From Mycolicibacterium sp. (GTDB lineage: Bacteria; Actinomycetota; Actinomycetes; Mycobacteriales; Mycobacteriaceae): DNA of 32,000 nucleotides. This document shows, in pieces, positions 7,520 through 17,257 of the stretch. The stretch is from NCBI RefSeq assembly GCF_050175175.1, contig NZ_JBFXJE010000030.1, one strand, 5' to 3'. Numbering within the stretch: the stretch's first letter is position 1; each line of letters opens with the position of its first letter. The notes below the pieces were generated by a model, which did not search any database, was not told where the DNA came from, and was given only the letters and a program-made list of their open reading frames with translations. A program made the translations under genes and the position numbers.

Positions 7520-8755
7520 TCAGCGGCTCGGCGGTGTCCTGCGCGCGAACACCGGTGCCGGCTCGGGCCGCACGCCGACGCCGACCAAATATCCGGGGAT
7601 CACCGAAAGCCACGGTGCCAGCTCAAGGAGACGAACCAAACCGTTTGGCACACTGGCATTTTCGCTGCCTCGCACGACGGGCCCGAGCAGCCGCGCGTCG
7701 ATCTGGCGCTGGAAGGCCTGGGTGATCGAGGTGGGCACGACGCGACGGCGCCGTACTGCGGCCAGGTCGCGACCGGTCACCCGGCCCCGCCGCAACGGCT
7801 CGGCGAGCAACCGGGCCGCCGCAACACCGTCCTGAACCGCCATGTTGATGCCCACGCCGCCGGCCGGCGACATCGCGTGCGCGGCGTCACCGATGCACAG
7901 CAGCCCATCGGTATGCCAGCGCCGCAACCGATTCAACCGCACGTCGAGACGCTTGACATCGTCAAGCGACGCCACCGACCCGATTGATTCGGCTGCCTCG
8001 GGGAGCAGTTCGAGGACGTCGGCGTGAAACGCCTCGAGTCCACGCGCCCGCAGTCGGCTGTCGGCTCCCTTCGGAATGAGCAGCGCGATCTGCAGGTAGC
8101 CCTCCCGCGGAATGACGATCATCGCTTTGCCCGGGGCAATACGCGGGAACAAGGTGTAGCTCGCGGGATCTGCTCCGCGGGGCAGTCGGAACCACCACAC
8201 GTCGAAACTGACTGGCCATTCCCGGATCTGAAACCCGGCCTGGTCGCGGACCAGTGAGGTGCGCCCGTCACAACCCACGGTCAACTCGGCGCGCAGTTCG
8301 CCGGGACCGTCCTCGCCCTGGTATCGGACCCCGGTGATCCGGCCGCCGTCCCGCAACAAGCCGGTGACCTCCGAGCTCATTCGCAGCGTGAACGTGGGCT
8401 CGGCTTCACCGGCGTCGGCCAGCAGGTTGAGCAGGTCCCACTGCGGCACCATCGCGATGTAGGGACGCGGCTGGCGCAGCCGCCCGAAGTCGACCATGGT
8501 GACGGGCTTGCCGCTGCTGTTCTCGAAGGTGACTTTCTTGATATGGCTCTGCGGCAGCGCGGCGAATTTCGGCCATAGCCCAAGGTCGTCGATGAGCCGC
8601 AGGGTGGTGGGATGCACGGTGTCGCCGCGAAAGTCACGCAGGAAGTCGGCGTGTTTCTCGAGGACGGTGACATCCACTCCGGCGCGGGCCAGCAGCAGCC
8701 CGAGCACCATCCCGGCCGGCCCGCCGCCGACGATGGCACAGGTGGTCTTTTGCAC
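7520..8755 (-). CDS. FAD-dependent monooxygenase/oxidoreductase (UbiH/aromatic-ring hydroxylase-like)
   Basis: The N-terminal dinucleotide fold is CAIVGGGPAGMVLGLLLARAGVDVTVLEK, and a later GDAAH..SPAGGVGIN motif is present. GTG start at 8755. Confidence 0.85.
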   Translation of the reverse strand: MQKTTCAIVGGGPAGMVLGLLLARAGVDVTVLEKHADFLRDFRGDTVHPTTLRLIDDLGLWPKFAALPQSHIKKVTFENSSGKPVTMVDFGRLRQPRPYIAMVPQWDLLNLLADAGEAEPTFTLRMSSEVTGLLRDGGRITGVRYQGEDGPGELRAELTVGCDGRTSLVRDQAGFQIREWPVSFDVWWFRLPRGADPASYTLFPRIAPGKAMIVIPREGYLQIALLIPKGADSRLRARGLEAFHADVLELLPEAAESIGSVASLDDVKRLDVRLNRLRRWHTDGLLCIGDAAHAMSPAGGVGINMAVQDGVAAARLLAEPLRRGRVTGRDLAAVRRRRVVPTSITQAFQRQIDARLLGPVVRGSENASVPNGLVRLLELAPWLSVIPGYLVGVGVRPEPAPVFARRTPPSR

Positions 8756-8792
8756 AGCCCTACGTTAGCCGCGGGGACGTGGACACTTCCCC

Positions 8793-10625
8793 GTGTTGGG
8801 TAATCCGCTGCCGGCCCGACTTGGGCGCCGAATGCGGCAGCACAGGTTAGGCTGCCCCGGTGGTAATGCCCCGGTATCGGACGACCCGCTGCCCGGCGCT
8901 CCGTACTGTCGGCGAGCAGTAGGCGGTCGGCCCATCGGCGAAACCCCTGCCCGCTATCTGTTGGCCAACGGCCCGATCTGGACCGGTGACCCGGCTCAGC
9001 CGTGGGCGCAGGCGGTGGTGGTCCGGGGCCGCGATCTGATCCATGTCGGTACCAGGGACGCGGCCGACGCCCATATCGACGCGGGTACCGAACTGATCGA
9101 CCTTCGTGGCCGGATGTGTCTGCCGGGCTTCATCGACGCGCACAACCACCTGGCCGCCATGGCGCTGAGCAAGCTCGGGGTAAACCTGTCCGGGATCGTG
9201 GGACGAGAGGCCATTCTGGCCGCGATTCGAGACTGGGTGACGGGGCAACCGTCGGACGCACCACTGCGCGGTCACGGATGGATGCCCGACTCGTTCGAGG
9301 AGCGCTCACCGCGCCGCGAGTGGCTGGACGCCATCACCGGGGACCGTCCGATGTACCTGTTCTCCGCCGACGCCCACGACTCGTGGTTCAACACCGCTGC
9401 GATGCGGGCCGCCGGGATCGGTCCGGCCACTGCCGATCCCGATCCGGGGGCCCAGTACTGGGTGCGAGACCGGGAAGGAACTCCGACGGGGCATGCCGTC
9501 GAAGCTGCCGCCACCATCCCGATCGTCGTGGCCCAGGGGCTCTTCTCCGTTGAAAACGTCAGAGCTGCACAACAACTCACCCTCCAGCCGGCGCCCTCCT
9601 GGGGCATGACGGCATACTTCGAAGCCGGGATCGTGGTGGGGGCGACCAGTGCGGATTCGCGCTGGGTGTACGAGGACTTCGTCGCGCAGGACCAAGCGGG
9701 AACTCTGCCCGTGCGGGTCGGCGGTTCTTTCTGGACCCGTACGCCCACCGACGATCCGGATGCGATCGTCGAGGGACTGCGCCGCTGGCATCGGGAACTT
9801 CGCTCCGAGCATGTGCAGATCAACACCTGCAAGATGTGGGCGGACGGAACATTGATGAGCGGCGGGGCACTGCTGCTGGAACCCTGCCACGGACATGCCG
9901 CCGACGATCTTGGCGCCATGACGTTCCCGCCGGAGGCTATCGAAGCCCAGATCGAGGCGGTGCAGGCGGCGGGCTTCGACATGCATATCCATGTCGATGC
10001 CGACGGCTCGGCGCGGGTGGTGCTCGACGCCTACGAACGGGTGCTCGATCGTCGGCGCCGGGACGGCCATTCGGAAAGTCCGCGCCATGTGCTCGCACAC
10101 AATTCGATAGTCGCCCCGGACGATATCGGCCGCTATGCGCAACTGGGCATCATCGCCAACTGCACGCCGCTGTGGGGAACCGACTACAACGGTCAGTACA
10201 TCGACATCTACACCAACCTCCTGGGTGCCGAGCGGATGGAGGAACGACTGTTGCCCTATGGCGATCTGGTCCGCGCCGGTACGACCGTGACCTATGGCAG
10301 CGACATTCCCGGCGTTGACATTCCGGAGATTCCACCGCTGATCCAGATCGAGGCGCTCCTGACCCGGAAGCGGCCCGGCTATCCCGACGACCCGCCTCTG
10401 GTGGAACGCCAGCGCATCGGACTGCACGACGCGCTGCGCGGCTACACCGCCAACGGGGCCTATCAGTTGCGACTGGACCATCGCACCGGTGTGCTGCGGC
10501 CAGGTATGGCCGCCGATCTGACGGTGCTGGGTGAAGATCTTTTCCGGGTCGCTCCGCACGAGATACACGATGTACCCGTGTTATTGACGATGATGGACGG
10601 GCGGATCACTCATGACGAGCGCTGA
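8793..10625 (+). CDS. Metal-dependent amidohydrolase (amidohydrolase-3 / COG1574-like)
   Basis: LLANGPIWTGD...VVVRGRDLIHVG...LPGFIDAHNHL (HxH metal site)...HIHVDADG...VLAHNS...YGSDIPG...GMAADLTVL is the typical family layout. The start is uncertain: GTG 8793 or ATG 8832. The stop overlaps the next gene's start by 14 nt. Confidence 0.85.
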   Translation: MLGNPLPARLGRRMRQHRLGCPGGNAPVSDDPLPGAPYCRRAVGGRPIGETPARYLLANGPIWTGDPAQPWAQAVVVRGRDLIHVGTRDAADAHIDAGTELIDLRGRMCLPGFIDAHNHLAAMALSKLGVNLSGIVGREAILAAIRDWVTGQPSDAPLRGHGWMPDSFEERSPRREWLDAITGDRPMYLFSADAHDSWFNTAAMRAAGIGPATADPDPGAQYWVRDREGTPTGHAVEAAATIPIVVAQGLFSVENVRAAQQLTLQPAPSWGMTAYFEAGIVVGATSADSRWVYEDFVAQDQAGTLPVRVGGSFWTRTPTDDPDAIVEGLRRWHRELRSEHVQINTCKMWADGTLMSGGALLLEPCHGHAADDLGAMTFPPEAIEAQIEAVQAAGFDMHIHVDADGSARVVLDAYERVLDRRRRDGHSESPRHVLAHNSIVAPDDIGRYAQLGIIANCTPLWGTDYNGQYIDIYTNLLGAERMEERLLPYGDLVRAGTTVTYGSDIPGVDIPEIPPLIQIEALLTRKRPGYPDDPPLVERQRIGLHDALRGYTANGAYQLRLDHRTGVLRPGMAADLTVLGEDLFRVAPHEIHDVPVLLTMMDGRITHDER

Positions 10626-11871
10626 CGCTGGGCGACCAGAACCCAAGGGGTTGCTGGTCGGTGGTATCGCCGCGGGTGTGGCCGGGGTGATGGCCGACCT
10701 GCTCAGCCCGATCTATGCGACGTCTTTCCACAAAGGCTTCGGACTCAGCAACACCCAGGCCGGGCTGCTGGTGTCCGCGGCGCTGGGTGCGATGGCCGTA
10801 GTCGAGTTCGGGTTGGCCCACTCGATCGGCAACCGCAATCTCAAACGGATCGCCACCTACGGGATCGTGATCTCCTCGGTGGCCCTGCTCTATATCAGCG
10901 ATGTCAGCCACCGCGGTCCCGGCACCTTCTGGCCACTGCTCATAGGCATGACCGCCGTGGGACTCGGATGTGGGCTGACGTTCGTCGCAGGCAACGCCGC
11001 ACTCTCCTACGCGTACAACAGCGAGCGGGCGTTCGGGCTGCTGACCTTCTGGTACATGATCTTCGTATTCGTGATGATGACCACGAATCCCTCGCTGCGG
11101 CAGATGTATCCGATCGTTCTTCCGTACGCGGCGATGGTTGCGGTCCAGTTGATCTGCCTGGTCCTGATCTGGTGGCGGCTGCCCGACACCCGGAAGATCG
11201 CCGCGCAGCACGCCGCCCGCGCGCATGACGTCGAAGGGTCTGACCCGGGCATCGACCGCGAAGTACGGCGCGACCACCCGGCGCTGAAATTGTTCAGTGC
11301 GGTGCCGATCCTGCTCAGTCTGGCGGCCAGCCTTTCGGCGCTCGCTCTGGCCGGAGTGTGGACATTCGCCGAGGACTTGGGTGAAACCGCAGGACTATCA
11401 GCGCAGCTGACCGCGAGCTTCCTGGGGTTCTCCCAACTGATCGGCCTACTGGGAACGATGGCACCCTGGCTGCTCGGGCGGTGGATCAGCCGGGCAGTGC
11501 TGGGTATCGTCAGCTTTCTCCTGGTGGCTGCGGGCATCTTTCTGGTGGCGCTGCTGCATCAGCCGACGGCTTACATCGTCGGGAATCTCGCGATGAACCT
11601 CGGCTACTGGGCGGCGATGCCGTTGATGCTGTCCGTCGCGGCAGACCTCGACCGAGACTCCGGCCGGTTGGTCGCCTTCATGCTCGGGATGTCGTCGATC
11701 GGTCTTGCGATAGGTCCCAGTCTGGCCGGCCCGCTGCTCGGTGGGCAGGACACCACCTTGGGCGGCTGGGTCTTCGGGCTGATCGGTCTGCTAGCAGCCC
11801 CGTGCATCGTTGTGCCTGCGATGGCGGGCGACCGTGCGGCACAAGCCCTGCGCGACCAGGAGGCGGCCTAG
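10612..11871 (+). CDS. MFS-type membrane transporter
   Basis: The 419-aa product is very hydrophobic, with about 12 predicted TM stretches in two halves separated by a charged loop (RKIAAQHAARAHDVEGSDPGIDREVRRDH). It is translationally coupled to the amidohydrolase gene. Confidence 0.75.
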   Translation: MTSADAGRPEPKGLLVGGIAAGVAGVMADLLSPIYATSFHKGFGLSNTQAGLLVSAALGAMAVVEFGLAHSIGNRNLKRIATYGIVISSVALLYISDVSHRGPGTFWPLLIGMTAVGLGCGLTFVAGNAALSYAYNSERAFGLLTFWYMIFVFVMMTTNPSLRQMYPIVLPYAAMVAVQLICLVLIWWRLPDTRKIAAQHAARAHDVEGSDPGIDREVRRDHPALKLFSAVPILLSLAASLSALALAGVWTFAEDLGETAGLSAQLTASFLGFSQLIGLLGTMAPWLLGRWISRAVLGIVSFLLVAAGIFLVALLHQPTAYIVGNLAMNLGYWAAMPLMLSVAADLDRDSGRLVAFMLGMSSIGLAIGPSLAGPLLGGQDTTLGGWVFGLIGLLAAPCIVVPAMAGDRAAQALRDQEAA

Positions 11872-11890
11872 CAGATCAAGCGGGGTCGGG

Positions 11891-13657
11891 TCAGATCGAC
11901 TCCCGATAGCCGTAGAACTCGTGGTCCTCGTTGTACCCGCCCTGGCCTGCGCCGAGATCGGCGAAGGAGTCGACGAACTCGATCGCCTCGATCCACTTCA
12001 CATGTTTGAAGCCCAGTTCCCGCTCGTTTCTTAGCCGCAGCGGCGCGCCGTGGAGTTCGTTGAGCGGTTCGCCGTTCATCTCGTAGGCCAGCAGCGTCAA
12101 CCGGTGCCGCATATGCCTGATGTTGTGCGCGTCGTAGTAACGACCCCCGTCGGCTCCATCGGCAAACGAGTAGAAGACTACCCATTTGGCTTCCGGCAGT
12201 GGCTGAACCAGATCCAGGATCGCCTTCATGGGCGCCCCGCCCCATTTGGCGATCCCGGACCAGCCCTGAATGCAGTAGTGCTGGGTGATCTGTTCTTGCT
12301 TGGGGATCGCCTTGATCTGCTGGTAGCTCAATTCCACCGGGTTTGCGACGAGCCCGCCGATGCGAAGTCGGTAATCGCGGAAATCGTTGTCCCTCAACGC
12401 TGTATAGGTCCGGCTGGCCGGCAGGGTGCCGTTCGGCCATAGGAACGGTGAGATCGCCTCCTCCGGGTAGGTGGCGCGCGGGTCGCTCCACTCCAGCAGC
12501 CACTTGGCCCAGCCGACGAGGCGTCTTCCGGTTTTTTGCACCAGGCGGGGGTAACGCAGCGTCAGCGGTGAGGCAAGGAACCAGGCGATCACGACGACGG
12601 TCATCCATCCGACGTAAAGCCACAGTCCGGTCCAGGTGGGCGTGTTCAGGCCGGTGGTGATGTGATTGAGGTTCACCAACAGTCCGGTCGTGAAGACCAT
12701 GGCGGTGTGTACGACGATGAACACCACGAAGTAGACCAGCACACAGAAATGCACCGACCGGGCCACCTGACGGTTCAAGCGGCCCGCCGCAAGCCCGAAC
12801 CTGGCCGCGATGGCCGGCGCCTGCAGCAGGCCGGTGGCGAATGCCAGCGGACCGGCGATGAACACCGTGGTGAAGTAGGCCAGGATCTGCAGACCGTTGT
12901 ACTGCGTCCATCCCTGATTAGAGGGGAAGTCCAATGACAGGTATTGCACGGCGGCCGACAGCGCGTTGGGAAACACATCCCAGTCCCGAGGCACCAGCCG
13001 TTCCCATTGCCCGGTGCCGAACAACAGAATGTAGAACAGCGCGCCGAGCAGAACCCAGAACATGTCGAAACTGAAGTGCCACCATCGGGCCAGTCCGATG
13101 GAGTGCCGGATCCCGGGTATGCCGAGCCAGCGCGGCAGCGCGACGGCGTCGTCCTTGGCCGTCCATTGCTTCTCCGGGGGAGTCTGGCCCATCCGGTCGG
13201 GAGGGACCGGCCCGCGCAACCGAAGCCACTCCCGGCCCGGCGTGGACCCGGCGTCCAACTGCAGGCGCGGATGGTCGGCCAGGATCTGCAGTCCGGATCG
13301 AATGATGAAGAGCATGAACAGCAGATTCAAGAAGTGCAGGATGCGCAGCCAGCCCGGGAATCCGGTCTCTACCGGCGGCTGGAACACGCCCACCCCGGGA
13401 TACGTTTCGATGAAGGCTTGCACCGCCGGAAACGTTCGAAGATGTTGGGCTACCGCAATTCCGACGATGAGTGCGGCCGCCCCTATCGGTAGCAGCCACA
13501 GGATGCTGACCCATCGACGCCCTACCCGGATTTCGGGAATCCGTGCCATGACCGGTGGGATACGCTCCGACCACTCCCGAACGTCGATTCGGTCTGAGGC
13601 GTTGCTGATTTCGGAGCGCAGGGGATCGGGCCCGCCGGGTGGTTGAGTTGGGCTCAC
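11891..13657 (-). CDS. Molybdopterin-dependent oxidoreductase (sulfite-oxidase/MsrP-like catalytic domain) fused to an N-terminal multi-TM, cytochrome-b-like domain
   Basis: The C-terminus LRIGGLVANPVELSYQQIKAIPKQEQITQHYCIQGWSGIAKWGGAPMKAILDLV...LLAYEMNGEPLNELHGAPLRLRNERELGFKHVKWIEAIEFV is the Moco oxidoreductase fold. The N-terminal about 380 aa are polytopic membrane sequence. I chose GTG at 13657, preceded by AGGAGG 11 nt upstream; ATG at 13549 is the alternative. The track ORF start at 13897 overlaps eccD and is rejected. Confidence 0.8.
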   Translation of the reverse strand: MSPTQPPGGPDPLRSEISNASDRIDVREWSERIPPVMARIPEIRVGRRWVSILWLLPIGAAALIVGIAVAQHLRTFPAVQAFIETYPGVGVFQPPVETGFPGWLRILHFLNLLFMLFIIRSGLQILADHPRLQLDAGSTPGREWLRLRGPVPPDRMGQTPPEKQWTAKDDAVALPRWLGIPGIRHSIGLARWWHFSFDMFWVLLGALFYILLFGTGQWERLVPRDWDVFPNALSAAVQYLSLDFPSNQGWTQYNGLQILAYFTTVFIAGPLAFATGLLQAPAIAARFGLAAGRLNRQVARSVHFCVLVYFVVFIVVHTAMVFTTGLLVNLNHITTGLNTPTWTGLWLYVGWMTVVVIAWFLASPLTLRYPRLVQKTGRRLVGWAKWLLEWSDPRATYPEEAISPFLWPNGTLPASRTYTALRDNDFRDYRLRIGGLVANPVELSYQQIKAIPKQEQITQHYCIQGWSGIAKWGGAPMKAILDLVQPLPEAKWVVFYSFADGADGGRYYDAHNIRHMRHRLTLLAYEMNGEPLNELHGAPLRLRNERELGFKHVKWIEAIEFVDSFADLGAGQGGYNEDHEFYGYRESI

Positions 13658-13751
13658 GAGCTGATCGACCTCCTGGTGTGGACGTGCCCGATCGGACGTC
13701 AGCCAGGCGATGCTCGATCGGCTCACCCGTAGCTTGCCAGGTTTCGCGGTC

Positions 13752-15263
13752 CTACAGTCGCAGGTTCCGCAACAGGTCGTACACACCGGCGGTCCACAGC
13801 AGCAGTGGGATGATCGCGGCGATCGCGGCGCCGTCGACGAGTTCGAGAACCCGCCTGGCGATCGGCGATACCCGCCGGACACCATCTGTTGCGGCAACCA
13901 CGATCATCGCGACCAGTGCGAGCCCGGTGTACAGGGCCAACGGCAACCAGGAGCACCCCGGATACCACAGGCACAGCCGCACCATCAAGCCGGCCGGAAC
14001 GGCCACCGCTGCCGCCATCAATGCCCATGCGCACCAGCGCTCGGCATAGAGCCGGGAGCGGAAGCCACATACGATCGTCACCAGGCCGGCGACGACAAGA
14101 CCATGGACGAAGAAGTGGCCTCGAACTACCACCGCCACCGCCCCGATGGACGAAATGCAGGCACCTGCCGTCAGGAAACCGATCAACAACTGGCGGGCGA
14201 GGACGCTCCGCTCGGAGAGACGCACAGCGGAATCGGGCACTGACGCGATGATCGCCTGCCAGGTCTCAGCACTCTCGGTGTCAGCGGCCATCTCGACGGG
14301 ATCCAGCAACTCGTCGCTGGACACCGCCTCCCCGGGCGCTGGAATCGGCGGTAAGGCTATCCGTGCCACAGCCACCGTGAGCTTGGCCGCATTGGTCACC
14401 GCCATCAATCCGAAGGCAATGGCACCCGCGGGTACCCAACTGCCCCAGCCGTATCCGAACGCGACCGCGGCCAGTGTCGCCGCCGCCGCTGCTACGGCAA
14501 GAAATGTTGCGATGGTGGCTCTGCCCCGCGGGCCTCCGCGGGTCACCAGGGCGAACAAGAACACCAGCGCGCCCGCACCGGCGATCTGTGGCGCCCCGAG
14601 CGAGTCGACTGCGCGGGGCAGTGGGATAGCCAGCGCCACTCCCACGCTCAACGTGAGCAGTGACGACGCCAGCAGGCTTTCGGCCATATCCAGGTCGCCG
14701 TGACGGTTCTGCACGAGTCTGCTGCCAGCTGCCAAGGCCGAACCCAGCAGCACCAGCGCTACCGCCCACCACCAGTGGCGCTCGGTAGCGGCCCACGAGA
14801 TGGCCGCGACGCAGGCGGTCGTCAATGTTGCACACGGCAGAACTACCGCGATGAAGCCGTACAGAGCCCGGCGATCGAATCGCGGCGCTTCATCGACCAC
14901 CGCGATTGCGTCTATCACGTCCTCGACTAGGGGCCGGTACCGTTCGGTGCGGCTGACCGGCACCGCGATCAGCAACGCTCCGTCGACCACTCCGGCATCG
15001 GTGAGAGATTCGGTGGGCTTGATCGGTGGGCCGCCCGGGCGCGCGAAGGACCATTGTCCCTGGGCGCCGAAGTCAAAGCCCGCTAATGCTTCTGAGGGCG
15101 CATCCGCGAGAAGTTCACCCAAAACGGCCACTGTTTCGTCGATATAGGTCTCGATCGGAACAGCTGATGGCAGCACGAGGTCGGTCATTCGCCGACCAGT
15201 CAACAACGTGACGCGAGTGGTCGCAGGTCGAGCGGGCGCCGCACTCGGAGGGGACGCGATCAA
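13752..15263 (-). CDS. eccD: EccD, ESX (type VII secretion) polytopic membrane core component, ESX-1-like
   Basis: ...ARPATTRVTLLTGRRMTDLVLPSAVPIETYIDETVAVLGELL... is the ubiquitin-like N-domain, followed by about 11 TM segments. It is collinear with, and highly similar to, my recollection of M. tuberculosis EccD1 (e.g. SRTERYRPLVEDVIDAIAV, NAAKLTVAVARIALPPIP, VVRGHFFVH, FRSRLYAERWCAWAL). TTG start at 15263 overlaps the espI stop (TTGA). Confidence 0.95.
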   Translation of the reverse strand: MIASPPSAAPARPATTRVTLLTGRRMTDLVLPSAVPIETYIDETVAVLGELLADAPSEALAGFDFGAQGQWSFARPGGPPIKPTESLTDAGVVDGALLIAVPVSRTERYRPLVEDVIDAIAVVDEAPRFDRRALYGFIAVVLPCATLTTACVAAISWAATERHWWWAVALVLLGSALAAGSRLVQNRHGDLDMAESLLASSLLTLSVGVALAIPLPRAVDSLGAPQIAGAGALVFLFALVTRGGPRGRATIATFLAVAAAAATLAAVAFGYGWGSWVPAGAIAFGLMAVTNAAKLTVAVARIALPPIPAPGEAVSSDELLDPVEMAADTESAETWQAIIASVPDSAVRLSERSVLARQLLIGFLTAGACISSIGAVAVVVRGHFFVHGLVVAGLVTIVCGFRSRLYAERWCAWALMAAAVAVPAGLMVRLCLWYPGCSWLPLALYTGLALVAMIVVAATDGVRRVSPIARRVLELVDGAAIAAIIPLLLWTAGVYDLLRNLRL

Positions 15264-16552
15264 CGTCGTTCTAGCCTGTCGAAATCATCAGAAAGCGCCG
15301 CGGCCAACTCGACGATTTTTCGCTGGAATCCGCTGCCGAGTAGGGCCAGTTGAATCTCGGTGCCCGCCGCGATATGCCTGTCCCAGGGCAGCACGATGAC
15401 CCGGCCAGCCGGTACATGTCTCTCGAACTGCTGCATCAAGTCCTCGACATCCAGACACGGTTTGCCGGGTACGACGTGGTTGATCACGACACAAGAACGC
15501 GCCAGCAGGTCCTGATAGCCATTGCGGCACAGCCAGTCGATGGTGACCGCGGCCTGCCGCGCACCGTCGATCGAGGCGCTCGCGACGATGACCAGACCCG
15601 ACACCGTCTCCAGAACGCCGCGCGCCGCGGGTTGGAAGAGGCCGGCCCCGCAATCGGCCAGTACCAGGTTGTAATAGCGTGACGCGATCTCGGTTGCGCC
15701 GCGCCAGTCGTTGTCGTCGAACTCGCGTTCCGCCGCGCTGTAGTCCGGGGCTGACAGCACTTCGAGGTTCGACGCATTCATGCTGGTGTATGCGCGAATA
15801 TCGTTGTAGCGGTTCAGTTCCTCGTCGGCCAGCAGGTCCGCGACGGTCGCAGCGGACTGACGCCCGGCCCGATCAGCGAGGTTGCCGCCATCGGGATCCG
15901 CGTCCACCGCGAGGATCCGGTCACCGCGAATCCTGCTCAACGCCGATCCGAGCGCCACCGTCAATGCCGTCTTTCCCACCCCGCCCTTCAAACCGATGAT
16001 GCCGATCTGGTAAGAATCGCGGGCGTTGCGACGAATTCGGTCGTGCAGGGTCATCTCATACAACTCGTCCGGCGAGAGTCCGAGATTGATCCGGGCCAGC
16101 AGATATATCCAATAGCGCCATCCCCGCTGTGGTGGTAGCTTCACCGCGCTGCGGACACCCACATGAGCCAGGGCGTCGATCGCCCGGCGGTTACCTGACG
16201 TTGTTTCGGACATCGGGGTGAGCTCACGGTGCTGCTGGGCGAACGTCACGACCGCCGGACCCTGCTGCATTTGGTGGGCTGCTGGCGGCCGTGGGATCGG
16301 CTCGCATCGGATTACGCCCTCGTCGGATGCGGGAATTTCGCTGGTCACCTCGGTCGGCAGTGGCGCCGCCACCGGGGCCGCTATCCGTGAGCGCGATCTC
16401 ACAGGCGGCGGATCCGGTATCGACTTCATCTCTACAGCATTAAGGGGAACGGCGAAATCGGTTCTGGTACAGCGGGTGTCGCGCGCTGTTTCCCCGTCAT
16501 CCGTGCGAACTGCCCCGGGCGGGTTAAAGAGCCGGTCATAGTCGGCCGACAT
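15260..16552 (-). CDS. espI: EspI-like ESX-1 secretion-associated protein with C-terminal ParA/MinD-type ATPase domain
   Basis: The deviant Walker A is IGIIGLKGGVGKTALT. The C-terminal half (RINLGLSPDE...ILAVDADPDGGNLADR...YNLVLADCGAG...VVINHV...PWDRHIAAGTEI...ELAAALSDDF) closely follows Mtb EspI as I recall it. It has a Pro-rich N-terminus, and the 430-aa product is shorter than Mtb EspI. GAGAGG lies 5 nt before the ATG at 16552. Confidence 0.9.
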   Translation of the reverse strand: MSADYDRLFNPPGAVRTDDGETARDTRCTRTDFAVPLNAVEMKSIPDPPPVRSRSRIAAPVAAPLPTEVTSEIPASDEGVIRCEPIPRPPAAHQMQQGPAVVTFAQQHRELTPMSETTSGNRRAIDALAHVGVRSAVKLPPQRGWRYWIYLLARINLGLSPDELYEMTLHDRIRRNARDSYQIGIIGLKGGVGKTALTVALGSALSRIRGDRILAVDADPDGGNLADRAGRQSAATVADLLADEELNRYNDIRAYTSMNASNLEVLSAPDYSAAEREFDDNDWRGATEIASRYYNLVLADCGAGLFQPAARGVLETVSGLVIVASASIDGARQAAVTIDWLCRNGYQDLLARSCVVINHVVPGKPCLDVEDLMQQFERHVPAGRVIVLPWDRHIAAGTEIQLALLGSGFQRKIVELAAALSDDFDRLERR

Positions 16553-16636
16553 GTCTACCTCTCAAAGTCTTGGGATAGGGGTGAAGCCGCGGAGGGCAGT
16601 CCAGGTCGGATCGCCCACCCGCGTACTCCATCGTGG

Positions 16637-16924
16637 TTATGTGAATGTGCCGACCACACCGTTCTCGGTCGCGCCCATGCTGGATCCCGAATTGCTCACC
16701 GCGTGCCCGAGGCTCTGCAGTGCCTGATTCAGCTCGGTGGAGTTGGTGTCCCAACGCTGCTGCACTGCCTGATATGACATCGATCCGTCACCCACCCATG
16801 CGCCCTGGAGCCGCGCGAGGGAACCTCGGCCCTCCTCGAGGAGCCCGAGCGTCCGCGCCACGGCGGACTGCAGTTCGTTTGCGCCACTTTCGATACCGGC
16901 GAAGTTGTATTCGATCAGTCCCAC
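16637..16924 (-). CDS. esxA: EsxA-like WXG100 protein (ESAT-6 family)
   Basis: The 95-aa product reads YNFAGIE...LLEEGRGSLARLQGAWVGDGSMSYQAVQQRWD...ELNQALQSLGHAV. The WXG motif is present (W-V-G). It sits immediately after esxB, as in ESX loci. Confidence 0.9.
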   Translation of the reverse strand: MGLIEYNFAGIESGANELQSAVARTLGLLEEGRGSLARLQGAWVGDGSMSYQAVQQRWDTNSTELNQALQSLGHAVSNSGSSMGATENGVVGTFT

Positions 16925-16948
16925 GTCTGTTCTCCGTTCCAGGTGTTG

Positions 16949-17257
16949 CTAGTTGAGGTGCATCTGCGACGCGAGGTCGTCGGCGTTGTTGGTGTCGGTG
17001 TTCAGGTACGAGGTACCACTGGTGTGAATGTTCTCCGAGATGTCGCCGAGCAGACGAATCTGCTGGCTGGACGCCTCGTGGAATCGAAGCAACGCTGACT
17101 GCGCCGCTGCCCCGGCCCCCTCGCTGTTCAGGCTCGCCTGAAGACTCGCGGCAGTCGACTCCACCTGGGCGAGGACGGAAGACAGCTCACCGCAGATTCG
17201 GTCGAAGTTCGCCGCCTCCGCCATAAGCTGCGGAGTATCCGCATTCACCAAACTCAT
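16949..17257 (-). CDS. esxB: EsxB-like (CFP-10 family) secretion partner, lacking the WXG motif
   Basis: The 102-aa product is collinear with CFP-10 as I recall it (ANFDRI.GEL...QVESTA.SLQ...RFHEA...DIS.NI...SY...D...LASQM). The Y-x-x-x-D motif (YLNTD) and the LASQM tail are retained. No tryptophan occurs anywhere; the WXG position reads LNSEG (17131-17117). Confidence 0.85.
   Translation of the reverse strand: MSLVNADTPQLMAEAANFDRICGELSSVLAQVESTAASLQASLNSEGAGAAAQSALLRFHEASSQQIRLLGDISENIHTSGTSYLNTDTNNADDLASQMHLN

Noticed and set aside
9306-10568. 420-aa ORF on the minus strand opposite the amidohydrolase gene
   Set aside because: It is antisense to a well-supported domain-bearing CDS. Its product is Arg/Gly/Pro/His-rich with no recognisable motif, the typical shadow ORF of high-GC DNA.
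11868-13574. Alternative-frame ORFs (11868..12911 and 12918..13574, minus) inside the molybdopterin oxidoreductase gene
   Set aside because: They lie on the same strand but out of frame with a protein that has a clear Moco domain and TM architecture. Their translations are low-complexity and Arg/Pro-rich.
13658-13897. N-terminal 80-codon extension of the oxidoreductase ORF as given in the track
   Set aside because: It overlaps the 3' end of eccD by 146 nt and encodes Cys/Arg/Pro-rich junk. An internal GTG at 13657 with an upstream AGGAGG gives a sensible N-terminus.
16575-16615. Imperfect stem (GCGGGTGGG ... CCCTCCGC) after esxA as a terminator
   Set aside because: The stem contains a mismatch and a wobble pair, the loop is about 18 nt, and no U-tract follows. 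It is too weak to call without 3'-end data.
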